Positions 15,195 through 23,449 of a stretch of DNA of 30,165 nucleotides are shown here, in pieces; the stretch's first letter is position 1, and the number at the start of each line of letters is the position of its first letter. The notes under the pieces were generated by a model. That model did no database searches and was not told the DNA's origin. It was given only the letters and a program-made list of their open reading frames with translations. The DNA is taken from IMG/VR virus record IMGVR_UViG_3300035191_000049. One strand, written 5' to 3'. Source of the DNA: a virus. A program made the position numbers and the translations under genes.

Positions 15195-17724
15195 GATCGT
15201 TGGAGTCAGAGAGAGCTGCTGCTGGCGCCCCATTTTCGACACATGGTTCGATGGGGGCTGCGTCATCCCCGAGCATTTTCGCGATGCGGCCAAGGCGCTC
15301 ACAGAGCACGAGGGGAACTCCGACTACGAATGCACCAGCGACGACTGGTTCAAATACCTGCGCTTCTATATCGACGGGCCGAACGACAACATGGCCAAGG
15401 ACACCGAAGAGTTTATCGTCTGGTGTCAACACGTCGGCATCTTTACCGTCAGGGTCGAAGCTATGAAGCCGGCCGTCTTGGAGCTGAACAAAAAGCAACT
15501 CGACTCGATGATCTACGACCAGAATGTGCTTGTCGTCCTGCACCACTTCAGGGATCGCGCCAAGAAAAAATACTGTGGGATGGGGTTTCCGACGGCGAGA
15601 GACATCGCTAGAGAGTACGACTTTGACGCGGACTTCGTCTACTCGGTCATCGTCTGGATGAAGTGCGAAAGCACCTTCAAGCTGAACGGCCAAATTAGAC
15701 CCGACGCTGTCGACAAGCTCATCAGTGACATCGTCAACCGCAATAGATTCCAGAAGCATGAGGAGGAGCCGATGCCTCAAACCGTACAAGAAGAGCTAAC
15801 CAAGCTCCGCCAAGAACAGCTCAGTGCCTTGTGGTGGGTCGCCACCGAGACCAGCAGCGAAGAGACACCGACCTACGCAAAGCCAATGACCCTGAGGCAG
15901 CTCCATAAGCGCCTGCTCCTTACCCGAGCGTTCAAGGGTTCTTCAGATCGAAAGCTCAACGCTTTTATCAACTGGGCGTCGGCTTGCAATAACTTCATCT
16001 ACAAGACGGATGACGAGCTGTACCACATCAACCTCATTTATATCGCACAACACTTCAAGGACAAGGCTCGCTGGTTCGTTCAGCCCTTCTTCCCAAATGC
16101 GCTCATAGGACTCCGATGGATCGCCGAGAAGAACAACTGCGACGAGTTCGACCGCGAGATCGAGTGGTATCACCTGCGCTGCGGTCCATACTTTTCGAAC
16201 CTCGAACAAACGAAGGTCTTTTGTCTCTGGTGCCAGTGGGAAGGCATCCTGCGCCAGAAGACGCCGGGTGTCGTCGCCTTCGTCTATAACGAAGAGCAGC
16301 TCAACCGAGCGCTGGGCGAGTACATGGACGAGCAGAAGCTCAAAGAGGCGACAGAGTGGGATCCCACCGCCTCTGGCGAGCGCTTCCCCGGCGAGGAGAA
16401 AGCTCTTCAGTGGATGGTCGACAACTACGGGGGGTCCTGGATGTTCATCTCGGGCATCACCCAGGGCATCTTCGAGAAGAAGCGCGTACAGGTTCAGAGC
16501 GAAGAGCTTGAGTGGTTGCGCCAGTTCATGACCCGGCGACCTGCCGACCATCCAGAGGGCATGAAAAAGGGCATCGAGTACTTCGGCATCGACTACCAGG
16601 CGGCTGAGAACCGTCTCTATGAGATAGCGGAAACGAGGCAGAAGATGGGCTACAAGCATGAAGACTTCAAAGGTGAGAAGCGTGTCCTTCAGTACCTGCT
16701 CCGAGTACAGGGTAGCTGGCAGGGAGCGGACGCCGACGTGGCCATTCAAAAGGCCATCAAAGGAACGGCTGAGGCGAACGGAATCGACGTAGATCTTTTC
16801 AAGCAGTACAGCCTCGAATTCCCGTGGCTGAACGTCGGTACAGAGAAGACGCGTAAAGAGGACCACATGGGTAACCTCACCCGGAAGAAAGTCAGCGTCG
16901 CGACGGTCGACAAAGATACAATCCGCGAACGTCTCGCTCTCCTCGGTTTTATCGACATCGACGCCGAAATGAAGCCCGAGGTGCAGCTCCGTGCTCTCAT
17001 GATGACGCTGAAGCACGAGAGCGGAAGCAAGACCTGGGAAGACCTCATCAACTGCCCCTGGGACTGTCACATCCAAGCAGCAGGCGGCTACAAGTCCATG
17101 TGGCGCAAGATCGCCCAAGACATGAAGCAGCGGGGCATCATCAAGGTGGTCAGGGAAGCCGGCAAGAAGGGTGACCGGCACAAGGTGGACACTGCTCTGC
17201 TCAAGAATCGAATGGAAGAGCTGCAGCGGGTGATCGAGATGAAGGGCGGTCGGTGCTCAGAGGTTCTGGTTCTGAAGGACCAAGAGTGCGACGACTGCAA
17301 CACCGTGTTCAACCCGAGCGATCCCGGCGTCGAGAGCCAAACATCAGGAGACGGCGACATCTGCCCATCCTGCGAGCAGACTCGCATCGCGGTCGAGATC
17401 GCCGAGCACCGAACGTGGCTCGCGAGCACCTTCAAGACCTCGATGGGTTCTGGACCGCCGCCCGGGGAAGTCGCGGCCTCCATCATATACGGCCATGCGA
17501 CCGCACTCGCTGGCTCCGAGCACATCGCGTGGCTCCAGGAACAGATCCGCAACGCGAAGAAGCTCACTAACGAGCCGACGCGTTACATGCAGTGGATGAA
17601 GGCGTCTGAGCTGCTGAGTCGCGTCGAGTCGCGCGTCAAGGGCGTCAAGGTCACAGAAGACGGACTTCTCCTCTCGAACTACCAACAGGCACGGCTGCGT
17701 CTGGAAGAGATGACAGAGGAGTAG
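15187..17724 (+). CDS. large hypothetical protein (845 aa)
   Basis: Long ORF with consistent GC3 bias. Start overlaps the upstream gene by 8 nt. No catalytic motif I recognise. Several CxxC pairs near the C-terminus (CDDC, CPSC). Confidence 0.7.
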   Translation: MPKIVGVRESCCWRPIFDTWFDGGCVIPEHFRDAAKALTEHEGNSDYECTSDDWFKYLRFYIDGPNDNMAKDTEEFIVWCQHVGIFTVRVEAMKPAVLELNKKQLDSMIYDQNVLVVLHHFRDRAKKKYCGMGFPTARDIAREYDFDADFVYSVIVWMKCESTFKLNGQIRPDAVDKLISDIVNRNRFQKHEEEPMPQTVQEELTKLRQEQLSALWWVATETSSEETPTYAKPMTLRQLHKRLLLTRAFKGSSDRKLNAFINWASACNNFIYKTDDELYHINLIYIAQHFKDKARWFVQPFFPNALIGLRWIAEKNNCDEFDREIEWYHLRCGPYFSNLEQTKVFCLWCQWEGILRQKTPGVVAFVYNEEQLNRALGEYMDEQKLKEATEWDPTASGERFPGEEKALQWMVDNYGGSWMFISGITQGIFEKKRVQVQSEELEWLRQFMTRRPADHPEGMKKGIEYFGIDYQAAENRLYEIAETRQKMGYKHEDFKGEKRVLQYLLRVQGSWQGADADVAIQKAIKGTAEANGIDVDLFKQYSLEFPWLNVGTEKTRKEDHMGNLTRKKVSVATVDKDTIRERLALLGFIDIDAEMKPEVQLRALMMTLKHESGSKTWEDLINCPWDCHIQAAGGYKSMWRKIAQDMKQRGIIKVVREAGKKGDRHKVDTALLKNRMEELQRVIEMKGGRCSEVLVLKDQECDDCNTVFNPSDPGVESQTSGDGDICPSCEQTRIAVEIAEHRTWLASTFKTSMGSGPPPGEVAASIIYGHATALAGSEHIAWLQEQIRNAKKLTNEPTRYMQWMKASELLSRVESRVKGVKVTEDGLLLSNYQQARLRLEEMTEE

Positions 17725-17733
17725 GCCCGATCC

Positions 17734-18075
17734 ATGAAACGAAAAGCAATTGACTACAAAGACGAGCGTTGGGTCAACGAAGAGACCGTCGCGAAGATCT
17801 CACGAGCCTTTTGTCGCGAGGCGAGGATACATCTCATCGGGCTCATCATCACGATGGCCATCCTGCTCGTTATTCTCTGGGTCCAGGGACACCTGTGGAT
17901 GCCTCTTGTCTTTGTCTTCTTCGGATACCTCATCGGCGGGCGATGGGTGAAATACAAGAGCAGCATCGCATCACGAAAATTCTTTCTGAAGACGATGCAG
18001 GAGGAGCGCGACAAGATCCGCCGCGAGAACATCGCCTACTACGAGGCGAACCGAAAGAAAAAGATCGTTCACTGA
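17734..18075 (+). CDS. small membrane protein (2 TM helices, 113 aa)
   Basis: LIGLIITMAILLVILWV and LVFVFFGYLIGG. GAGGAG upstream. Confidence 0.6.
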   Translation: MKRKAIDYKDERWVNEETVAKISRAFCREARIHLIGLIITMAILLVILWVQGHLWMPLVFVFFGYLIGGRWVKYKSSIASRKFFLKTMQEERDKIRRENIAYYEANRKKKIVH

Positions 18076-18353
18076 TGGGACACAAGCCGCAGCTCCCTAA
18101 TCCAAAGGAGCACTACGTAACGGTCGAGGGCGTTGAGGGCCGTCGCGGGCTCATCGTCACTGAGTTTTTCGATGGAAAGCGCACCGAACTTCACATGCAG
18201 TTCTCCCCATGGTCGCACCCTGGGAAGCGTCGGCGATTCAGCTACTTTCGATGCACCCACAAAGACGGAGCGAAGCTCTTTGTAGCAACTTTGCGTAAGC
18301 TCGCAGATCTCGTCGAAGGCTTCATCGATCGACTACCAGACGAGCCGAGCTAG
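18075..18353 (+). CDS. hypothetical protein (92 aa)
   Basis: ATG 18075 in a TGATG overlap. The ORF-track start 17769 overlaps the membrane-protein gene in another frame. Confidence 0.5.
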   Translation: MGHKPQLPNPKEHYVTVEGVEGRRGLIVTEFFDGKRTELHMQFSPWSHPGKRRRFSYFRCTHKDGAKLFVATLRKLADLVEGFIDRLPDEPS

Positions 18354-18362
18354 GAGAAAAAC

Positions 18363-18557
18363 GTGAGACAGTGGGTCTACGATGTACAGGACACGGCGAT
18401 TGCTTGGCTCCCGGCAGGATTTCGCCTCTTTTTGGCCATCATCCTCGCTCTGGCCTCTTATCCGACGCCCGAACCGTACAATATGGTGATCCTCATCGCA
18501 GCGGTCGCCGCCCTGACACTCCGCAGTACAAAAACACAAAAATCAAAAGGAGACTGA
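18363..18557 (+). CDS. small membrane protein (64 aa)
   Basis: GTG start after AGGAG SD. Two hydrophobic helices. Confidence 0.5.
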   Translation: MRQWVYDVQDTAIAWLPAGFRLFLAIILALASYPTPEPYNMVILIAAVAALTLRSTKTQKSKGD

Positions 18558-18558
18558 C

Positions 18559-18840
18559 ATGCACCCCGTTACCTTCATCATCAAGACTTCCAAGGGTGAG
18601 ACCGAAGAGAAGAAGTTTTCGATGCCCTTCATTCCGATGCCGATCGGAACCAAGGTCACCTTCACCAAGGACCCCAGGGTGTTCTATGTGGACTCGCTTG
18701 AGTGCGAGACCATCGACTACGGCACCACCGGGAGCGCTCCGTCGAAGGCATCTCAGCGCTTCATCGTCAACGTGAGCGAGGAGAGAGAGGTGCCTGTGGA
18801 GATGAGCTTCAACGGAGAAAGTCGTCCTGGGGACGAATAG
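18559..18840 (+). CDS. hypothetical protein (93 aa)
   Basis: AAAGGAGA SD upstream of ATG 18559. Confidence 0.55.
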   Translation: MHPVTFIIKTSKGETEEKKFSMPFIPMPIGTKVTFTKDPRVFYVDSLECETIDYGTTGSAPSKASQRFIVNVSEEREVPVEMSFNGESRPGDE

Positions 18841-18857
18841 AAGGATCCAGGGGCAGA

Positions 18858-19346
18858 ATGATCACACTGCTGAAAAAGACGGCGCAGTACGCCAAGTACA
18901 TCGCCAAGCACAAATGGTTCGTCTTCGTCGAGTGCGCGAAGATGGGGCTCATTCGCCGAGGGCTTGTCCACGACGCCTCGAAGTTCCTGCCCGATGAGTG
19001 GATTCCATATCAAGACTTCTTCTACGGCAAGAAGAACGATGAGGGATACTTCCACCAGCCGGGTACCGAGGAGGCGTTCGACGAGGCATGGCTCCGTCAC
19101 ATCCACCGCAACCCTCACCACTGGCAGTATTGGTTGCTCCAGCAAGACGACGGGCCGGTTAAGACGCTCAAGATGCCCAGAGAGTTTCTTCTTGAGATGA
19201 TCGCCGATTGGCGAGGCGCCGGCAAAGCCCAGGGCTTCGCTACGATCAATGCCTGGTACGCCAAGCAGCGTGAAAAGATTGTTTTGCACCCAGAATCGCG
19301 GCGCGAGCTGGAGCAGATCCTTCGCGACGCTGGAGAATTGGAATAA
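18858..19346 (+). CDS. conserved-looking phage protein with HD-like motifs (162 aa)
   Basis: Start at internal ATG 18858 (MITLLKK). Motifs GLVHDASKF and HIHRNPHHWQYW. The ORF-track 18702 extension is R-rich. Confidence 0.55.
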   Translation: MITLLKKTAQYAKYIAKHKWFVFVECAKMGLIRRGLVHDASKFLPDEWIPYQDFFYGKKNDEGYFHQPGTEEAFDEAWLRHIHRNPHHWQYWLLQQDDGPVKTLKMPREFLLEMIADWRGAGKAQGFATINAWYAKQREKIVLHPESRRELEQILRDAGELE

Positions 19347-19975
19347 TGACTTTCAGAACGTGGAAAGACCTTCAGGTCGACGTCCCGGAAGGCACCGTCG
19401 GAAAATGGACGGTCGATAGGTGGACACCGGATCCGAACGACATCCACTTCCAGCTCCAGAACATGCGGGACCCCGCTCGTCAAATCCTGCCCGGCTACAC
19501 CTACACTCGCCTGCTTCGGGGCGACAACCCCATCATGACCGACACGCCGGCTGAGCTTAACGACCTGTGGGCTATCCTGAAAAAGGTTCGAGATTCACAA
19601 GAGCCCTCGGTGCTCATCCATGGGCTCGGGCTCGGCTGCGTCCTGAACGGCTGCTTCATCTACGGAGCAAGCAACGTCACCGTTGTCGAGAAGGAAGAGG
19701 ACGTCATCGCGCTCGTCGGCCAGCACTGGCAGGAGCGCTACGCAGACCGCTTGGAGATCATCCACGGCGATGCGTTTACCTGGAAGCCGCCCAAGGGCGC
19801 TCACTGGGACCTTGTCTACCACGACATCTGGGACGATCTGTGCACAGACAACCTGAAGGAGATGTCGAAGCTCCACAGGCGCTTTGGCCGGCGATGCGAA
19901 GAACAGCTCTCATGGTGCCGGGATCTCCTCGAATCCCAGCGGCGACGAAACCGAAGGCGACCGAGCTATTTCTAG
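19346..19975 (+). CDS. class I SAM-binding Rossmann-fold enzyme (methyltransferase / spermidine-synthase-like)
   Basis: Motif I SVLIHGLGLGCVL, acidic beta-2 VTVVEKEED, IIHGDAF and DLVYHDIWDD. This order matches the spermidine synthase / SAM-MTase fold. TAATG overlap with the upstream gene. Confidence 0.55.
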   Translation: MTFRTWKDLQVDVPEGTVGKWTVDRWTPDPNDIHFQLQNMRDPARQILPGYTYTRLLRGDNPIMTDTPAELNDLWAILKKVRDSQEPSVLIHGLGLGCVLNGCFIYGASNVTVVEKEEDVIALVGQHWQERYADRLEIIHGDAFTWKPPKGAHWDLVYHDIWDDLCTDNLKEMSKLHRRFGRRCEEQLSWCRDLLESQRRRNRRRPSYF

Positions 19976-19984
19976 GAGGTCCAG

Positions 19985-20623
19985 ATGTTCACAGAGCGAA
20001 AGAACCACGAGCTAACCCTGCGCAGCTCACACGTCGTCGACGGCGCCCTCGGCGAGTACGGCCACACCGAAATCACCCGCGCCGATAACGAGATGCGGAT
20101 CGTTTGCGGCTCGGACGACAACCCGCACATGTTCGAGAACTTCAGCTCCGACCGCTACGCAATAGTCAACGGGCTGCGGATCATCATCAAGCTCTGGAAC
20201 CCAGAGCAAATACTCACGCTCGTCCGCGGACTCACCGTCGCGCTCTATACCTCAAGGGAACCAAACCCTCTCCGGGCCACTTGGAAGAAAGCGAACCGGC
20301 AGATCTACTTCCCAGGAGGCATTATCCTCGACAAGCGCATGGGGCGGTGGGAGATCGGTGACCACGGAGAGCGAATCTGCAACCTGTGGACGATGGACCC
20401 TGCCGTTATCGACAACGAGACAAGAGTTTGGATCGTGATGACGCTCGACAACGCGGCGCTCGAAGTCTTCCATTCAATTGAGCGCGTTACAAGTCCCGTC
20501 AATCGGTTTGCATCTGTCGAGGTCAAACTGCTCGGTGATGTCATCGAGGAGAAACAGGTTTCGGAGCCCCGGTCTTTGCCCTCAGACCCCGCAGACGACT
20601 CCATGAAAAAACAGGAAGGCTAG
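19985..20623 (+). CDS. hypothetical protein (212 aa)
   Basis: AGGAGG SD upstream. GC3 bias. Confidence 0.6.
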   Translation: MFTERKNHELTLRSSHVVDGALGEYGHTEITRADNEMRIVCGSDDNPHMFENFSSDRYAIVNGLRIIIKLWNPEQILTLVRGLTVALYTSREPNPLRATWKKANRQIYFPGGIILDKRMGRWEIGDHGERICNLWTMDPAVIDNETRVWIVMTLDNAALEVFHSIERVTSPVNRFASVEVKLLGDVIEEKQVSEPRSLPSDPADDSMKKQEG

Positions 20624-20626
20624 CCG

Positions 20627-20713
20627 ATGATACGAAAAGAACTTGAATCATCACACAGCTTCATTCAGGAGATCATGGAGTACTTACGCGGGCAGAAGGA
20701 GAAGGGGGCATGA
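20627..20713 (+). CDS. possible 28-aa micro-ORF (MIRKELESSHSFIQEIMEYLRGQKEKGA)
   Basis: AGGAAGG SD 7 nt upstream. Its stop overlaps the next ATG (ATGA). The 5' half is unusually AT-rich for this genome, so it may be non-coding leader. Confidence 0.25.
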   Translation: MIRKELESSHSFIQEIMEYLRGQKEKGA

Positions 20714-21288
20714 GGAGCATCACCGAAATCAACGGAGAGCGTCATTACAAAGAAGAGCATCCTCCGAACATCAAGCGCATCATCGAGCTACCCTGGGTCG
20801 GCGTCGCCGAGATCGGCATCCGCACCATTCGCCTGCAGAAGCGCTTCGAACGCGTCCTCTTCCCAGACAATCTCCCCGAGATGCTCGAAAGCCAAAGCGT
20901 GCGCTTCAACCAGCTTGAAGGGACCCCATACACCGTCGCTGAGGATTCGCTCCGCATTCACCAGCTCGTCCCCTACCTCATCAGCTCGAAGCACCTAGGA
21001 CTCACTACCCACGTCAAGTTCACGGTCATCATCGGCGACACCTACAGGATGCCCGTCATGCTCGGCCAGGTTGACCAGGGGTGCGGAGGCACCGCGGTTC
21101 ACATGGGTCAGCCGGTCCCGGTTCCTCCGAGACAGCCGCTCGTCGTCGACATCGACTTCGACTGCCGTACCAACTTCGTCCTGGCCAATGCTCTCGGTGA
21201 GATGCTCAAGGATACGAATGCGCGCTTCGCGCTCGGTCTCAGGCTGGTCGGCTTCCAGAGGACGGAGATTCGCCGGGACGAGTGGTAG
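20710..21288 (+). CDS. hypothetical protein (192 aa)
   Basis: Strong SD AAGGAGAAGGGGG. The stop abuts the stop of the convergent gene at 21289. Confidence 0.6.
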   Translation: MRSITEINGERHYKEEHPPNIKRIIELPWVGVAEIGIRTIRLQKRFERVLFPDNLPEMLESQSVRFNQLEGTPYTVAEDSLRIHQLVPYLISSKHLGLTTHVKFTVIIGDTYRMPVMLGQVDQGCGGTAVHMGQPVPVPPRQPLVVDIDFDCRTNFVLANALGEMLKDTNARFALGLRLVGFQRTEIRRDEW

Positions 21289-21876
21289 TCAGCGGACGAT
21301 CCAGGTTGCCAGCGCCAACGGCTGCCAGTTATCGGCGTTCCAGGACTCCAAATTCAGGTCGTGATCCTCGACGGCCTTTTCTATATCCGCTGGCCCCACC
21401 TCTCCCGGCCAGTCATGCACGCTCACGACGCTCCCCGGGGCCATCAGCGGAACGAACGTGTAGAACTCCCATTTCTTAGAGCCGTTGTCACAGTAGAGGT
21501 AGGCCGGTTCGGTTCCCAGTGCCTCGATCACCTGAGGCTTGCCAATGTCAGAAAAAATGTCAGTCCAGTGCGTCTGTATCCCGAGCGCATCGTAGATGGG
21601 CTTCGCCCCGTCGTCGATGTTGTGCTCCTTGTTAAAGGGAAAAGAATCCTGGTCGAAGGTGTGCATCGGAATGCCGAGCCTCACGGCCCACAGACCGAGA
21701 TAGATCGACATTGCACCCATAGACGTTCCAAGCTCGACGATCGACCGAATCTGCCTGTTCTCGTGCAAGAGCACACTGAGCTGATGGTAAAGCGCGAAGG
21801 CGTGCTGAGCGCGCTGTCCCGCAAAGAGTTTTTCGTAGCCAAAGGTCGTTACTGAATCCGTCAACGCTGCCTCCAT
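21289..21876 (-). CDS. class I SAM-dependent methyltransferase, TylF/CmcI-like (195 aa)
   Basis: Motif I IVELGTSMGAMSIYLG follows the IvE.G...G.S pattern of TylF/CmcI O-MTase-like enzymes. GC3-rich on the minus strand. The divergent region upstream carries palindrome site 4. Confidence 0.6.
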   Translation of the reverse strand: MEAALTDSVTTFGYEKLFAGQRAQHAFALYHQLSVLLHENRQIRSIVELGTSMGAMSIYLGLWAVRLGIPMHTFDQDSFPFNKEHNIDDGAKPIYDALGIQTHWTDIFSDIGKPQVIEALGTEPAYLYCDNGSKKWEFYTFVPLMAPGSVVSVHDWPGEVGPADIEKAVEDHDLNLESWNADNWQPLALATWIVR

Positions 21877-21882
21877 TTTCCC

Positions 21883-21908
21883 TGGACACCCAAGGTAGCA
21901 TATGTTAC
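21883..21908 (+). promoter_or_regulatory. divergent promoter/operator-like site 4: CATTTTCCC-TGGACA-CCCAAG-GTAGCATATGTTAC; TACTTT sits 17 nt after TGGACA
   Basis: Lies between the leftward gene start 21876 and the rightward gene 21954. Confidence 0.55.
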
Positions 21909-21953
21909 TTTACGGGCGCAACCGAAAGCAATTGTTTATCACTAGGGGCCTAC

Positions 21954-22649
21954 ATGACCACTGAAAACGCTCTGAAAAAGTACAAGGAACAACTGGAGGC
22001 GCTCGCTCTCGACGCCTACAAGGATCACCGAATAAAACGAGAAGGCGACCGCCGCTGGCTCATCCAGCGAAAAACAGCCAAGGGCTGGGAAGGCTTTCAC
22101 TGGACCGAGATCATCATCGTTACCGGTGGCATCTTGGTCCACGGCGACGGCGATACCTGCCTCTTCAAGGTCTACCACCCGCCGAAGGGAGAGGACGACC
22201 CCATCGCTGCCGCGCGCTGGATCGCCAAAGCCCCAGACCAATACGCCCAGGAGAAGTGCAACATCGGCATGGACACGAGTGGCGTAGCCGGCGTCAACAA
22301 CACCTTCGACGACGAGGTCGCGATCTGGGAGCTGCAAGAGCGAGTCAAGGAACGCACCAGCGAGATCACAGACGAGGCAGGCAACATCGCGGAAGCTCTG
22401 AAAGAGGACAAGGAGCTTGCTGCGTGGCGCAACGCTCTCGAAGCCATGCAGCAGGGGTGGGAAGACTGGTACTTCGTCAAGAACACGCTGTACGACGACC
22501 TCTGTGAAGCTGACGTTGGTGACGAGAGCGAGCTAATCTCCGACATCGGCATCGTGCCGGCTCCGCGCCTCTACTACGCCAGGGCCGCTCTCCGAAAATT
22601 CGTTGAGCTGTACGACGCAAGAAAGGCGGCGACCAGTGACGCCGCATGA
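21954..22649 (+). CDS. hypothetical protein (231 aa)
   Basis: First rightward gene after divergent site 4. GC3 bias. Confidence 0.6.
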   Translation: MTTENALKKYKEQLEALALDAYKDHRIKREGDRRWLIQRKTAKGWEGFHWTEIIIVTGGILVHGDGDTCLFKVYHPPKGEDDPIAAARWIAKAPDQYAQEKCNIGMDTSGVAGVNNTFDDEVAIWELQERVKERTSEITDEAGNIAEALKEDKELAAWRNALEAMQQGWEDWYFVKNTLYDDLCEADVGDESELISDIGIVPAPRLYYARAALRKFVELYDARKAATSDAA

Positions 22650-22947
22650 ACTTGCTTGCCTCATCGAACAGAAGGCCGTGTCCGCCGCGGTAGAGACGTT
22701 CTATAAGGAGCTGCTCAAGGAAATGGCGGAGGTGGGGCTCAATCCCTTCATCCTGGCTGAGACCGTTCACAGCCACACGGCTTCGATGATCGTCGAAAAT
22801 CTCGAACCTGCCATGCCGATGACCTTTACCGTCGACTTCGGCCCCATCGTCTCCAAGACGGAGCTGCTCAAGGCCATCGAGGAGTCCGATCCGGAAGATG
22901 GCTGGAGGGGAACTATCATCGGCGACAAGGTTATCGGAGAAAGCTGA
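22636..22947 (+). CDS. hypothetical protein (~103 aa)
   Basis: GTG 22636 is preferred because its overlap is short. TTG 22603 (the ORF-track start) is also possible. Confidence 0.45.
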   Translation: MTPHELACLIEQKAVSAAVETFYKELLKEMAEVGLNPFILAETVHSHTASMIVENLEPAMPMTFTVDFGPIVSKTELLKAIEESDPEDGWRGTIIGDKVIGES

Positions 22948-22960
22948 AGGGGGGAGAAAC

Positions 22961-23440
22961 ATGCCAGTTGAGTACGTCAAGAGGGATCTCGTCAAGAACC
23001 CAAAGCAGGGTGAGCACGAGCAGATCATCATCGCCCACATTTGCAACGACATCGGCGGCTGGGGCGCCGGGTTCACCGGCGCGCTTTCGGGCCGGTGGCT
23101 GCATCCGGAGATGTTCTACCGGCGCTGGCGACGGGGTGTTGAGTCTCGCGACATCCCCTTTGAGCTGGGGCAGACGCAGTTCGTCAACATATCGGCGACG
23201 ATCACTGTCGCAAACATGATCGCACAGCACGGCGTCGGCCGAGGAAAACGCCGTATTCGATACCGAGCACTCGCCGAGTGCTTGGATAAGGTTTGCGAGC
23301 ACGCGAAAAGCCTCGGGGCGTCGGTTCACATGCCCCGGATAGGCTGCGGACTCGCTGGCGGCACATGGGACGAAATCGAGCCCATCATCAACACCACCTT
23401 AGTAGGCAAGGGCGTCCGCACCGTTGTCTACGACCTGTAG
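22961..23440 (+). CDS. macro domain protein, TARG1/DarG-macro-like (putative ADP-ribose glycohydrolase), 159 aa
   Basis: VEYVKRDLV...IAHICNDIGGWGAGF...HMPRIGCGLAGGTWDEI...TVVYDL aligns with human TARG1 (ITYVKGDLF...LAHCISEDCRMGAGIA...SMPRIGCGLDRLQWENV...ITVYTL), recalled from memory. AGGGGGGAG SD. Confidence 0.75.
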   Translation: MPVEYVKRDLVKNPKQGEHEQIIIAHICNDIGGWGAGFTGALSGRWLHPEMFYRRWRRGVESRDIPFELGQTQFVNISATITVANMIAQHGVGRGKRRIRYRALAECLDKVCEHAKSLGASVHMPRIGCGLAGGTWDEIEPIINTTLVGKGVRTVVYDL

Positions 23441-23449
23441 GAGGAGAAC

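Noticed and set aside
15943-17181. Long minus-strand ORFs (e.g. 15943-17181 412 aa, 1194-1970, 2411-3145, 3142-3774, 4152-4910, 15076-15789, 22477-23076, 13540-14130)
   Set aside because: They are antisense to strongly supported + genes. Their composition (L/V/R/D-rich) is typical of mirror frames in high-GC DNA. They have no start-stop coupling to neighbours.
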